DNA of 64,000 nucleotides from Torpedo marmorata (lineage: Eukaryota). Below the pieces are notes generated by a model. The model saw only the letters and a list, made by a program, of their open reading frames with translations, did no database searches and had not been told where the DNA came from. Positions 10,760 to 24,100 of the stretch are shown one piece after another. Where the stretch lies: positions 69,874,001-69,938,000 of the forward strand of contig OZ360231.1 in the NCBI GenBank assembly GCA_977017645.1. Reading direction: 5' to 3'. The position numbers and the translations under genes are program-made. Every line of letters begins with the position of its first letter. The first letter of the stretch is position 1.

Positions 10760-13635
10760 GAAATCATACATTTGACTAAAATGACTTTGTGCATGGGAAA
10801 TTCTGTTTCACAAATCTGACATGTTTTTGAAGCTGTGACCAAGAGGATTAATGAGGACAAGGTTGTAAATGCCATCTAATATGGACCTCAGCAAGGACTT
10901 TGACAAGGTCACACATAGCAAGCTCATCTAGAAAGTTAGATCATATGGGATCCAAGGCAAGCTGACCAACTGGATTGAAAACTGGCTTGGTGGAAGGAGT
11001 CAGAGGGTAGGAGTGGAGGGTTGCTTTTCTGACTGGAGGCTTGTGACCAAAGGTGTACAGCACAAGTCATTGCTGGATCCCAAGTTGTTTGTTATCTCTA
11101 TTAATAATTTGGATAATAATGTAGCTAACACAATAAATTTGCAGATGATAACAAAACTAGTGAAATGGGAAGTGTGCATGGATATGCAAGTTTACAACAG
11201 AATCTAGATCAGTTGGGAAGGCGGGCCAAGGAATGGGAAATGGAATTTAACCCAGACAAATGTAAGGTGTTGTAATGTTGGTCAGTCAAACCAGGGCAGT
11301 AAATGATAGAGCTCTGGAGAGTGTTGTTGAAGAGAGACACCAAGAGTACAGATGAATAGTTCCCTAAAAGTGGCAACTCAGGTGGACAGCGTGGTGAAGG
11401 AGTTTGGCACGCTTGCCTTCATTAGGTGCAGTACATAGTAAAGTTGGGATATGATACAGCTGTAGAAGTCATTGGTGAAATCACACTTGGGAGTACTCTG
11501 TGCACTTCTTGCTGCCCAGCAAGAGGAAGGATGTCATGAAGTAAAACATGAAAGTCTGCAGGCACCTTGGTTGAAGTAAAAACACAATGCTGGAGAAACT
11601 CAGCAGGTCAAACAGTGCCCTTTATATTGTAAAGATAAAAATACATAACCAAAGTTTCAGGCTTGAGCCCTTTAACAAGTTATGGAAAAACGTCGGCAGG
11701 CATCCGAATAAAAGGGTAAGGGGGGAGGAGCATGGTAGCAAAGGCAGGAGGTAATAGATGGAGAAGGGAAGGAGAGCACAACAGCAAGCAAGGGGAGGAG
11801 GGATGGCTAGGTGAATAGAGGGAAGGGGGGTGGAGAGCTGAGGGAAAGAAGACAGGGGGAAGGGAAGGGAGAGTACGTGAGCAGAAACCGTAAAAGTTTA
11901 TGTTAATGCCATCCGGCTGGAGAGTGCCCAGACGGAAAATCAGGTGTTGTTCCTCCAATTTACGGGTGATCTTGGTGGGATAGTATGAGGCCATAGACAG
12001 ACATGTGAGTATAGGAGTGGGACGCAGAAATGAAATGGATTGCCACTGGGAAGTCCCTGTCACTGGTGCGGACAGAGCGAAGGTGCTCAGCGACGTGATC
12101 TCCCAGTCTGTGCCCAGTCTCTCCGATGTAGAGAAGGCCACAAAAGGAGCACAGGATGCAGTAAATCAATCCTGCGGATACACAAGTGAAGGGTTGTTTC
12201 ACTTGAAAGGCCTGTTTGGGGCCCTGGACTGTGGTGAGGGGCACAAGTGTGGCACCTCCGGTAGCCACAGGGGAAGGTGCTGGGGGGCGATTGGTAGGGA
12301 GGGATGAGTGCACGAGGGAGTCATGGAGGGAGTGGTCCATACGGAAGGCAGAGAGGAGAGGAGAGGGGAAGTCGTGTCTGGTAGTGGGATCCTGTTGTAA
12401 GTGCTGGAAATTGCAGAGGATAATGTGTTGGATGCAGAGGCTGGTGGGGTGGTAGGTAAGGACCAGGGGGCCAGGGCAGATGAGCGGGAAATGGAGGAGA
12501 TGCAGGTGAGGGCTGAGTTGATGGTGGTGGAGAGGAAGCCATGTTTGTGGAAGAAGTCAGACATTTCAGAAGATCTGGACTGGAAGACCTCATCTTGGGA
12601 ACAGATGCAGCGGAGACAGAGAAATTGTGAGAAGGGAATAGAATCCTTGCAGGGGACAGGGTGTGAGGAAGTGCGGTCGATGTAGTTGTGAGAGTTGGTG
12701 GGTTTGTAATATATGTCGGTGGAAAGCTTGTCTCCCGAGCTGAAGACAGAGAGATCCAGAAAGGGGAGAGTGTTGTCGGAGATGGACCAGGTGAGTTTGT
12801 GATCAAGGTGTAAGATGGCAGCGAAGTGAATGAAGTTGACGAGCTCATCTCAGGTGCATGAGGCAGCCCTGATGTCGTCATCAATATAACGGAGGAAGAG
12901 TTGAGGGGCCTTGCTTGTGTTGGCTTGCAGCATGGATTGCTCCACAAAGCCCACAAACAGGCATGCGTAGCTGGGACCCATGCGGGTACCCATGGCTACT
13001 CCTTTGATTTGGAGGAAGTGAGATGAGTCAAAGGAGAAGTTGTTTAGAGTGAGGACAAGTTCTGCCAGGCAGAGGAGGGTGGTAGTAGAGGGTGACTGGT
13101 TGGGTCTCTGCTCCAGAAAGAAGTAAAGTGCTTTAAGACCTTCTGTATGGGAGGATGTCATTAAGTTGGAAAGGGTAAAGAAGAGATTCACTAGGATGTC
13201 ACCAGCACTTGAGTGAAAGGGATATGCTGGGTATTCATTCCCCGGAGCACAAGAGGCTGAGGAGTGACCTTATAGATGCATAAAAACCATGAGGGCAAGA
13301 TCAAAGTGAATGCTAACAGTGTCTTTCCCTGGATATAGGATTCTAGAACTAGAGGACATAGGTTTACAGTAAGATGGGAGAGATTTAGGAGGAATCCGAG
13401 AGGCAACTTATTCAATCGAAGGATAGTCCATATCTGGAACGAGCTGCCAAAGGAAGCTATAGAAATAAGTAAAATTATGACATTCAAAAAAGTAAAATTA
13501 TGACATTCAAAAGCTATTTGGACAGAAAAATGGATAGGAAGGATTTAGAAGGATGCAGACCAAATGCAGGCAAATAGAACCAGCCCAGAATAATAACGAT
13601 TTGGGTCAAAGAGCCTGTTCCATGCTGTATGGCTG
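10760..13635 (+). mobile_element. Degenerate CR1 LINE 3' part (10760-11542 and 13150-13635), interrupted by a Penelope element
   Basis: Remnants of DLSKDFDKV, FNPDKCKV and RKDVIKLERVKKRFTRM motifs plus a CR1 3' end. Confidence 0.8.
11543..13149 (-). mobile_element. Penelope-like element (RT and GIY-YIG endonuclease, frameshifted)
   Basis: QIKGVAMGTRMGPSYACLFV and RYIDD (RT); IYCILCSFCGLLYIGETGHRLGDHVAEH (GIY-YIG); RKLEEQHLIFRLGTLQPDGIN. Confidence 0.9.
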
Positions 13636-13649
13636 CATGTACCTCATCG

Positions 13650-15050
13650 TGAAAACCTGTACCGACCAACTGGCTAGTGTATTCACAGATATCTTCAACC
13701 ACACTGACAGTGTGTGGTATCCGCCTGTTTTTAACAGGCTTCAATTGTTGTGCCCAAGAAGAGTGTGGTTACCTTCCAAAATGACTATTGACCAGTGGCA
13801 CTTACATCCACAGTGATGGTGTTTTGAGAGGCTGGTGTTGAAGCAGATGCCATATCATTGGCTCTTCAAAAAAGCCTGGAACATCAAGATAGCAAAGATG
13901 CATGCGCTACGATGCTCTTTATTGATTACAGCTCGGCATTCAATACAATCATCCTCTCAAAACTAATCAGTAAAGTCCAAGACCTGGGCCTCAATAACCC
14001 ACTGTCCAATTGGATCCTGGATTTCCTCACCTCCAGACCCCAATCAGGCAGATTGGCAAAAATATCTCCTCCACAATCTCCATCAGCACCAGATCACCAC
14101 GGGCATGCACACTTTGCCCCCTGCTCTACTCGCTCTATCCCTATGACTGTGTGGCGAAGTACAACAAAGACTTCAACACCATATGCTAGTTTGCTGTTGA
14201 TACCACAGTACTTAGGTGATGAGTCAGCATACAGAAGAGAGAATGAATACCTGGCTGGATGGTGTATCAACAACAACCTCTCACTAAATGTCAACAAGAC
14301 ATAGGAAATTATTGTAGACTTTAGGAAGGGAAAACCAGAGGAGTATCACCCAGTAATCATTGGGGGATCAGAGGTCGAGAAGTTCGGCAACTACAAATTC
14401 CTGGGTGTCACTATCTCAGAGGACCTATCCTTGACCCATCATACAAATGTTATTATGAAGAAACCACGAGAGTGCCTCCACTTTCTCTGAATTCTGCAGA
14501 GGTTTGGTATGTCATCAGAAAACTTGGCAAACTTCTACAGGTGTGTGGTGGAAAATGTGCTGACTGGCTGCATCACAGCTTGGTATGGGAGCACTAATAC
14601 CTCTGAGCGAAAGATCCTGTAAAAGACAGTGGACTAGGCCCAGTTCATCACAGGCAAAACTCTCCCCACCATTAAGCACATCCTTATGGAACATTGCAAT
14701 TGGAGAGCAGCACGAATTATCAAGGATCCACACCACCCAGGCCAAGCTCTGTTCTCACTGCTGCCATCAGGGAGGAGGTACAGGTGACAGAGGACTTGTA
14801 CCACCAAGCTAAAGAATAGTTACTACTCATCAACTATCAGACTCTTGTACTGAACTCTAATATCTATACTCATTCAGAGACTCATTTAAGAACTCGTATG
14901 CTCGTTATTTATTACTGTATATTTATATTTACATCTGCATTTGCACAGATTGTTTAGTTACTGATATAGAAATTACTAAGCCCATCAGAAAAAGAATCTC
15001 AGGGTTGTATGATGTCATGTACATATGCTGAAAATAATTTTGAACTTTTA
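13650..15050 (+). mobile_element. Rex1/Babar-type LINE, degenerate RT and 3' UTR
   Basis: [28 protein letters not shown] and [10 protein letters not shown] motifs. Confidence 0.85.
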
Positions 15051-15119
15051 TCTGAAATGTCTGTAATGTAATGATTAATGAGACCATCCCCCTTTCAGAA
15101 AACCAGTCCGATTGTAAGA

Positions 15120-15213
15120 CCAGTAATTCTGCCTCGCCTGCAAAAAAAAGAATCTCAGGATTGCATGTGATGTCATGTGTCTACTGTGACAATAAATCTG
15201 AAATCTGAATCTG
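15120..15213 (+). mobile_element. Rex1/Babar-type 3' tail fragment
   Basis: AAGAATCTCAGG...GACAATAAATCTGAAATCTGA, like the tail at 9062-9130. Confidence 0.7.
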
Positions 15214-15599
15214 ATTGCTGGATACTTACATTATATGTAATAGTAACACTTAGAAATGTATTATTACGCTGCTGCCTAAGTGTGAAATCCAATGTAGAAA
15301 TAATGATCCTTCAGAGAAGTGGTAGAGCAATTGTTTTCAGTTAACTTCAGCCAATGAACAATGAAATTTCTAAACCTTAAAAAGATACTTGCACAGTCAA
15401 CATCAAAATCTGGGCAGAGTAGCAAAAGCAATCCGTTGAGTTTCCATGAAGATTAAAGTTTGAGACTGAGCATTCTTTTCCTCAATTTTTTTTTGGAAGG
15501 ATAATTCCTTCACATTTCAAGTTGATTTTCTATTTAACAGAAATTTCCTATTTTAAAACTTATTAACAGTTCACAACTTTTTAAAATTAAATTTTAAAT

Positions 15600-15845
15600 T
15601 TAAATTTAGAGATACAGCATGGTAATAGGCCCTTCCGGCCCACAAGCCCATGCCGCCCAAATACCCCAATTAACCTACAACCCCCGTATGTTTTTGAAGG
15701 GTGGGAGGAAAGTTGGAGCACCCGGAGGAAATCCACGCCGACACGGGGAGAACATACAAACTCCTTACAGAGAGCTCCAGATTCGAACCCAGGTCACAGG
15801 CGCTGAAATAGCGTTGCGATAACCGCTACGCTAACTGTGCCGCCC
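15600..15845 (-). mobile_element. tRNA-derived SINE (V-SINE/HE1-like)
   Basis: Minus strand reads GGGCGGCACAGTTAGCGTAGCGGTTA (A box), GGGTTCGAATC (B box), the core GGAGTTTGTATGTTCTCCCCGTG and a CR1-like 3' end. Confidence 0.85.
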
Positions 15846-16061
15846 TGAAGAATTTCTCAACTACATTAGTCATTGCTTGCTTTAACTTCACACTCTTTCT
15901 CTGCTGAAAATTTTGCTTAAAAGCAAGCTAAAAATAAAATTCTAGAAATGTATTTATCGGGACCATTTAAGGAAACACAGCATCCTTGTCAATGTACCAT
16001 AACTCAAATTGTTACAATAAAAAAACAATCGAAATAAAATGAAATCAGTTTCTGTCCTTAC

Positions 16062-16404
16062 CCGCCAGAGATATTCCAGTCCAATTAATTCAAGATCATC
16101 CATCATATAAGCACGACGTTTTGCTACAAGCTTCCCTTCTCGACAATTCACAGCTTTGAAAAATCTTTCAAAGCACTTCATTCCATTTTCCGTTAAGAAA
16201 GAAGGATCCAGTTGCAGCACATTATTTTCAAAGAAGTCCTTGTTAATGTCTGGGTCCAAGTCAGGCTCGTCTCCCATTAACTTTGAAAACCACTTAAAAC
16301 ATGCTTCACGATCACAAAGGTAGACAGCATTCTCAGCCAAACACTTCCAGATCTGTTTGGCTTGAGGAGAACACAACCATAGCTGGCCATCCTTCAATAA
16401 AAAT
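16062..16404 (-). CDS. USP9X: USP9X exon (343 nt; [19 protein letters not shown]...[11 protein letters not shown])
   Basis: gcttag|A TTT...CGG|gtaagg; phase 2/0; lies within ORF 15954..16493. Confidence 0.96.
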
Positions 16405-17609
16405 CTAAGCAACAAAACGTATTTTGATATTATATCGTTGATGACATAACAATTTTTATTGTCCACTGTTGTCCAAAATTCACATACTGGCAATGGTCAA
16501 AATAACAAGTGGGTAATTCTCTATGCATCAGCACTTTGAAGTACACCTTCGGAATTGCACAGGTTTTGCTATGATTTTCTTTTTCATCTTTTTGCCCTTC
16601 CCATTCTTAGAAAATAACTTGCCTTTATTCAGTGCAACACAAGTAAAAATTAGCTCAATCAGAGGCCTATGACAATCATAAAACCATGATTGGTGAGCGT
16701 CAGGAGCTGTTCTTTGTTTCAGGGTCGTTTAAATTGAATTGGAGCGTCAACCTCAGCGATTGATTGGAATCTGTTGACACAGATAGAGCCAGCAGCAAAT
16801 AAAAAGGAAAGCTCAAGTGGAGCTGCCAGTGTGGAGCAGCCCAGTGTAGGAGTGGAGATTTAGAGGCTTTGGCTCGAGAGGCTTCGGCAAGAAGAGGCTG
16901 AGGACATGCTTCAGGCAAGGTCCAGTAAGATCTTTTCATTAGCCAGATTAGGTAGTGGAGATGCCAGCTCGGGTAGCGGTATGCTCTAATTGCAGGATGT
17001 GGGTAATCTGGGATAGCACAAGTGTCCCTGATGACGACATCTGCAAGAAGTGCATCCAGCTGTAGCTTCTGATTGACTGTATTAGCTGAATGAAATCTGG
17101 ATCATTTGGGAGGTAGAGGAGGGCAAGAGACAGAAGCCATAAGGAGACAGTCACACCCAAGAGGCCAGAGGCAGGTAACTGGGTGACTGTTAGGAGAGGG
17201 AAGGGGAATAGGCAGTCAGCGCAGAGCACCCCTCTGCCATTCCCCTAAAAAATGTATATTGTTTTGGATACTGTTGCGGGGTGGTGAGAAAACGATCTAC
17301 TAGGGACAAGTCGTAGTGGTCAGGTCACTGGCAGACAGTCTGGCCCTTAGGCTCCCAAGGAAAGGGGAGCGAAAAGGAGAGCTGCAATGATGGGGTATTC
17401 AATCATTAGGGGGAACAGATAGGAGGCTCTGTGGACAAGATCGAGACTCCCTTATGGTATGTTGCCTCCCAGGTGCCAGGGTCAGGGACGTCTCAAATTC
17501 TTAAGCAGGACGGTGAGCAGCCAGATGTTGTGTTCCACTTTGGTATCAATGACATAGAAAGGAAAAGGGATGAGGTCCTGAAGGAATATAGGGAGTTAGG
17601 AAGGAAGCT

Positions 17610-17719
17610 TTTTTAAAAAAAATATATGTTACTTTTATTGTATTACTATATAGTGATATCTGCTTTTGAAATATTTTGTTTCATTGTTTGTTAAAAATGA
17701 AAATAAAATATTTTTAAAA
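17610..17719 (+). mobile_element. Short AT-rich insertion (probable L1-type 3' tail) with 9-bp TSD inside CR1 ORF1
   Basis: AAGGAAGCT flanks both sides; ends AATAAAATATTTTTAAAAA, like the L1 tail at ~3557. Confidence 0.6.
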
Positions 17720-19545
17720 AAGGAAGCTAAAAACAGGTCCTCAAGGGTGATAATCCCTGGATTGGTGCCTGTGCCACACGTCAGTGAGAACAGAAATAGG
17801 AGGTTATGGCAGATAAATGCGTGGTTGAGGAATTGGTGCAAGGGGCAGTGGTTAAAATTTCTGGATCATTGGGATCTCTTATGGGGAAGGTATGACCTGT
17901 ACAAAAAGGATGTGTTGCACCTGATCAGGAGGAGAACCAATATCCTGACGGACAGGTTTGCAAGAGCTGTTGGGGAGAGATTAAACAAGTGGATGAAAAC
18001 CAGAATGAGAGGGCAGTCAATAGAGCAAAACTGCAAGCGCAAGATAAAGGATTTAACTTGGGGTACGTTGGAAAAAAAATTGAAAAGGGTGATGAATACA
18101 GCACTGAAGGTATTGTATTTAAATGCCCACAGTATAAGAAATAAGGTTGATGATCTTGTTGTGCAGCTGGAAGTGAGCAGGTATGACATTTTGACAATCA
18201 CAGAGTCGTGGCTAAAAGAAGATCACAGCTGGGAACTGTCTATCGGAAGGACTGGAAGGTAGGCAGAGGGGGTGGAGTGGATCTGCTGGTTAAAAATGGA
18301 ATTAAATCTTTGGAGAGAGGAGACAGTGGATCAGAATATAGAGAATCCCTGTGAGAAGAATTATGAAACTAAGGGTAAAAAGACCCTGATGGAAGTTGTA
18401 TACAAGCTTCCAAACAGTAGCCAGAATGTGGCGTGTAAACGACAGAGGGAGATAGAGAAGGCATGCAAAAAGGGCAATATTACAATGGTCATGGGGTATT
18501 TCAATATGCAGGTTGATTGGGAAAACCAGGTTGGTGCTGGATCCCAAGAGAAGGAATATATTGAATGCCTTCAGGATGGCTACTTAGAACAGCTTGTGGC
18601 TGAGCTGACCAGGGAAATAGCAATTCTGGATTAGGTATTATGTAATGAACCAGAATTGATAAGGGAGCTGAAGGTGAGAGAACACTTAGGAAGTAGTGAT
18701 CATAATATGATAAAATTCACCCTGCAGTTTGTGAGGGAGAAATTAAAATCAGATTTGTCAGTATACCAGTGCAATCAATGGGACTACAGAGGTATGAGAG
18801 AGGAACGGGCCAAAGATGATTGGAAAGGCACACCAGAAGGGAGGATGGCAGAGAAGCAATGGCTGGAGTTTCTGTGAGAAATAAGGAAGGTGCAGGCCAG
18901 GTATATTCCAAAAAATATATATATTTGAATGAAAAAAATGACACAACTGTGGCTGACAAGAGAAATCAGAACCAAAGTAAAAGCAAAAGAAAGGGCATAC
19001 AAGGAAGCAAAATTTAGTGGGCAGATAGAAGACTGGGAAGCTTTTAAAAGCTTGCAGAAGGCAATTAAGGTCATTAGAAAGGAAAAGATGAATTTTGAAA
19101 GGAAGCTAGCAAATTATATCAAAGAGGATACTTTTTTTTTTTTTAAGTACCGGTATATTAAGAGTAAAAAAGAGGCAAGAGAAGATAAATGACCGATAGA
19201 AAAAGACGCTGGAGAAATTGTAATGGGAGACAAGGTGGTGGCAATGAGTATTTTGCATCAGTCTTCACTGTGGAAGATATTATCAGTATACCTGACTTTT
19301 AAGGGTGTCAGGGAAGAGAGGTGGGTGCCGTCACCATTACCAGACAGAAGGTGCTTGGGAAGCAGAATGGTCTCTGGGTAGATAAGTCTCCCGGACCAGA
19401 TGGAATGCACCCTTGGGTTCTGAAAGAAATAGCTGTAGAGATTTGAGGCATTAGTAATGATCTTGCAAGAATCCATTGAGGACTGGAAAATTGCAAAGGT
19501 CATTCCGCTATTTAAAAAGGGAGGGAAGCAGCAAAAAGGAAATTA

Positions 19546-19767
19546 CAGTAAAATCCCCATTATCCGGAATTCAAGCAACCGGCAGCCTGAAGCAACCGGA
19601 ATTTTTTTTAAAAAACTAAAATAGGTTAAAAAAATGAAAGTTTAAAATTGGCAGCTCCTTGCAGTCAGTTTGCCAATCCAAGTGCCACGCAATCTCAAGC
19701 AACCAGCAAATTCACTTATCCTGCATCTACCAATCCTCAAAGGTGCGGGATGCCAGGGGTTTTACTG
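19546..19767. mobile_element. Tigger/pogo-type MITE (222 bp) inserted in CR1 RT
   Basis: TA TSD; TIRs CAGTAAAATCCC / GGGGTTTTACTG; splits the KGNY|RPVSLTS motif. Confidence 0.85.
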
Positions 19768-21159
19768 TATATATCCGTTAGCCTAACATCGGTGGTCCGA
19801 AAATTGTTGGAGTGGATTGTCAAGGATGAGGTTACGGAGTACGTGGAGGTGCATAACAAGATAGGCCATAGTCAGCATGGATTCCTGAAGAGAAAATCTT
19901 GCCTGACAAACCTACTGCATTTTTTTGAGGATACACAAGCAGGCTAAACAAAGGAGATGCACTGAATGTTGTATATTTTGATTTTCAGAAGGCCTTTGAC
20001 AAGGTGCTACACATGAAGCTGCTTAACAAGATTAGAGCCCATGGAATTACAGGAAAGACTGGCATGCGTGGAGCATTGGTTGATCTGCAAGAAACAAAGT
20101 GGGAATAAAGGGATCCTATTCTGGTTGACCACCAGTTGTGTTCAGCAGGGGTCGTTGTTGGGGCCACTTCTTTTTATGTTGCAGGTTAATGATTTGAATT
20201 GCAGAATAAATGGCTTTGTGGCTGTTGCAGATGATACAAAGATAGGTGGATGGGCAGGCAGTGATGAGGTAAATGAGAGGCAGCAGAGAGACTTCGATAG
20301 ATTATGAGAATGGGCAAATGAAGTAGCAAATGAAATACAATGTTGGAAAGTGTATGGTCATGCACTTTGCTAAAAAGGAATAAAAAGGCAGACTATTATT
20401 TGAATGGAGAGAAAATTCAAAATTTGGAGGTGCAAAGGGACTTGAGAGTCCTCGTGCAGGGTATCCTAAAGGTTAACCTCCAGTTTGAGTTGGTGGTGAA
20501 GAAGGCCAATGCAATGTTGGCATTCATATCTAGAGGAATAGGATAAACGAGGAGGGATGTGATGTTGAGGCTTCATAAAGCACTGGTGAGACCTCACTTG
20601 GAGGACAGGGTACAGTTTTGCTCTCTTTATTTAAGGAAGGATGTGCTGGCGTTGAAGAAGATTCAGAGAAGATTCACAAGAATGATTCTGTTTGACAGCT
20701 CTTGGACGGTACTCCGAGGAGTTACGTTAATAGCTCTTGAACTGTACTCCTTGGAGTTCAGAAGAATTAGGGGAAACCTCAGAAACATTTCGAATGTTGA
20801 AAGGCCTGGACAGAGTAGATGTGGCAAAGTTGTTTCCCAAGATGGGGGAGTCTAGGACAAGAGGGCACAACTTCAAGATTGAAGGGCACCCATTTAAAAC
20901 AGAGGTGCGGAGGAATTTCTTTAGCCGGAGAGTAATGAACCTCTGGAATCTGTTACCTCGGGCGGCTGTGGAGGCCAAGTCGTTGGGTGTATTTAGAGGC
21001 AGAGATTGACAGGTATCTGCATAGTCAGAGTATCAAGGGTTATGGGGAGAAGGCAGGGAGTGGGGCTGAGTGGGAGAATGGATCAGCTCATGATGAAATG
21101 GCGGAGCAGACTCGATGGGCTGAGTGGCCTACTTCTGCTCCGTAAATCCCACGTGCACA

Positions 21160-24100
21160 AGTATAACCTCAAATTATACTTGTGCAGGCTCCTCAGGGAC
21201 CGCGTTAGGGAACTGGAGTTGCAGCTCGATGACCTTCGTCTGGTCAAGGAGAGTGAGAGGGTTATAGATAGCAGTTATAGACAGGTGGTCACACCGGGGC
21301 CAAGGAAAACAGACAAGTGGGTCACAGACAGGAGGAGGAAGGGGAAGAGTCAGGTACTAGAAAGTACCCCTGTGGCTGTGCCCCTTGACAACAGGTACTC
21401 CTGTTTGAGTACTGTCAGGGGGGACAGCCTACCTGGGGGGAGCAACAGTGGCCGTGCCTCTGGCACAGAGTCCGGCCCTGAGGCTCATAGGGTAGTGAAA
21501 GAAAGAAGAGGGCAATAGTGACAGGGGACTCTATAGTTAGGGGGTCAGACAGACGATTCTGTGGACGCAGGAGGGAAACTCGGATGGTGGTTTGCCTCCC
21601 AGGTGCAAGGGTCCGAGATGTTTCTGATCGCGTCCAAGACATCCTGAAGGGGGAGGGAGATCAGTCAGAGGTCGTGGTACATATTGGTACCAATGACATA
21701 GGTAGAAAAAGGGAGCGGTACTTAAAAAAGAATATAGAGAGTTAGGGAGTTGAGAAGCAGGACCTCAAACATAGTAATATCTGGATTATTACCTGTGCCA
21801 AGAGACAGTGAGTACAGGAATAGATTGAGGTGGAAGTTAAATGCGTGGCTGAGAGATTGGAGCAGGGGCCAGGGGTTCAGATTTCTGGACCATTGGGACA
21901 TGTGGGACCTGTACAAAAAAAACGGGTTGCACTTGAATCCCAGGGGGACCAATATCCTGGTGGGGAGGTTTGCTAAGACTACTGGGGAGAGTTTAAAGTA
22001 GAAAGGTTTGGGGGTGGGAACCAGATTGTTGAGGAAGAGAGTGGACCTCAAATAGTGGAAGATGGGGGACGGTGTGTGAGCAAGGATAGGCAGGTGATAG
22101 AGAAAGGATGCGCTCAGACGGGCGGTTTGAGATGTGTCTATTTTAATGCCAGGAGTATTGTGAACAAAGTGGATGAGTTTAGATCGTGGATTAATACTTG
22201 GGACTATGATGTGGTGGCCATTACAGAGACTTGGATGGTTCAAGGACAGGATTGGGTGCTTAAAGTGCCGGGTTTTAGATGTTTTAGAAAGGACAGGAAG
22301 GGAGGTAAAAGAGGAGGGGGTGTGGCTTTGTTGATCAGGAATAATGTCACGGCTGTAGAAATGGTGGACGGCACAGAGGGTTTGACTACAGAACATATAT
22401 GGGTGGAGCTTATGAATAGGAAGGGGTCAAAAACTTTAGGTGTTTTTAAAAAAAAAAATCAACCCCCCAATGCGGAAAGGGAAATTGAGGAGCACATAGT
22501 AAACAGATTTTGGGAATGTGTAATAACAACAGAGTTGTCGTGATGGGGGATTTTAATTTCCCAAATATTGATTGGATTATCCCAAGAGATGGGGTGGAGT
22601 TTGTTAGATGTGTTCAGGAAAGTTTCTTGACACAATATGTGGATATGCCTACAAGAGGAGAGTCTGTACTTGATTTGGTATTGGGAAATGCACCTGGTCA
22701 GGTGTCAGATCTCTCAGTGGGAGATAGTGATCATAATTCTATCTCCTTTACAATAGCTTTGGAGAGTGATAAGAATAGACAAGTTATAAAAACATTTAAT
22801 TGGAGTAAGGGGAATTATGAGGCTATCAGGCAAGAAATTGGAAGATTAAATTGGGAACGGATATTCTCAGGGAAAAGTACAGAGGAAATGTGGCAAACGT
22901 TCAGGGGATATTTATGTGAAGTTATGAATAGGTATGCTCCAATGAGACAGGGAAATTATGGTCGGGTACAGAAACCATGGTATACAAAGGCTGTGAAAAG
23001 GCTAGTGAAGAAGAAATGAAAGGTTTACAAAAGGTTAGAGGGATAGGTAGTGTTAGAGAACGAGAAGAGTATAAGACTAGTAGGAGAGAGCTTAAAAAAG
23101 AAATTAGGACAGCAAGAAGGGGCCATGAGAAGGCCTTGGCGGGCAGAATTAAGGAAAACTCAAAGGCATTCTACAAGTACGTGAAGAGTAAGAGGATTAG
23201 ACGTGAGAAGATAGGACCTATTAAGTGTGACAGTGGGAAGGAGTGTGTGGAACCTGAGGAAATGGCGGAGGCACTTAATGAATACTTTGCTTCAGTATTC
23301 ACTATTGAAAAGGATTTGGGGAATTGTAGTAATGATTAACAGCAGACTGAAAAGATTGAGAATGAAGATATTAAGAGAAAGGATGTGTTGGAGGTTTTGG
23401 AAAGCATCAAGTTGGATAAGTCACCGGGACAGGATGAGATGTACCCTAGGCTGCTGTGGGAGGCAAGGGAAGAAATTGCTGAACCTCTGGCGCTGATATT
23501 TGTATCATCATTGGGGAAGGGAGAGGTGCCGGAGGACTGGAGAGTTGCAAATGTTGTTCCTTTGTTTAAGAAGTGGAGTAAAGATAGCCCAGGAAATTAT
23601 AGACCAGTAAGTCTTACTTCGGTGGTTAGAAAATTGATGGAGAGGATCTTGAGAGACAGGATTTACGAGCATTTGGAGACTTACAATAGGATTAGGAATA
23701 GTCAACATGGCTTTGTTAAGGGCAGGTCGTGCCTTACGAACCTGATTGAATTTTTTGAAGATGTGACTAAACACATTTACGAAGGAGAAGCAGTGGATGT
23801 AGTGTATATGGATTTCAGCAAAGCATTTGATAAGGTACCACATGCAAGGCTAATTGAGAAGGTAAGGAGGCATGGAATCCTTGGGGATGTTGCTTTGTGG
23901 ATCCAGAACTGGCTTGACAAGAGAAGGCAAAGAATGGTTGTGGATGGGTCATATTCTTCATGGAGGTCGGTGACTCATGGTGTTCCTCAGGGATCTGTTC
24001 TGGGACCTCTACTATTCGTGATTTTTTATAGATGACTTGGATGAGGAAGTGGAGGGATGGGTTAGTAAATTTGCTGATGACACTAAAGTTGGGGGTGTTG

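Larger units (their letters stand above)
16690..21145 (+). mobile_element. Full-length degenerate CR1 LINE (5' UTR, ORF1 zinc finger and SGNH esterase, ORF2 APE and RT)
   Basis: CxxC pairs at ~16980-17050; YLNAHSIRNK, ITESWL, SDHN, SQHGF and VADDTK motifs; CR1 3' end at ~21140. Confidence 0.9.

Noticed and set aside
13467-13513. 23-bp direct repeat
   Set aside because: It is a simple local slippage duplication in a decayed CR1.
15770-15845. tRNA gene
   Set aside because: Only A and B boxes are recognisable, followed by a SINE core; the same structure recurs at 55593.
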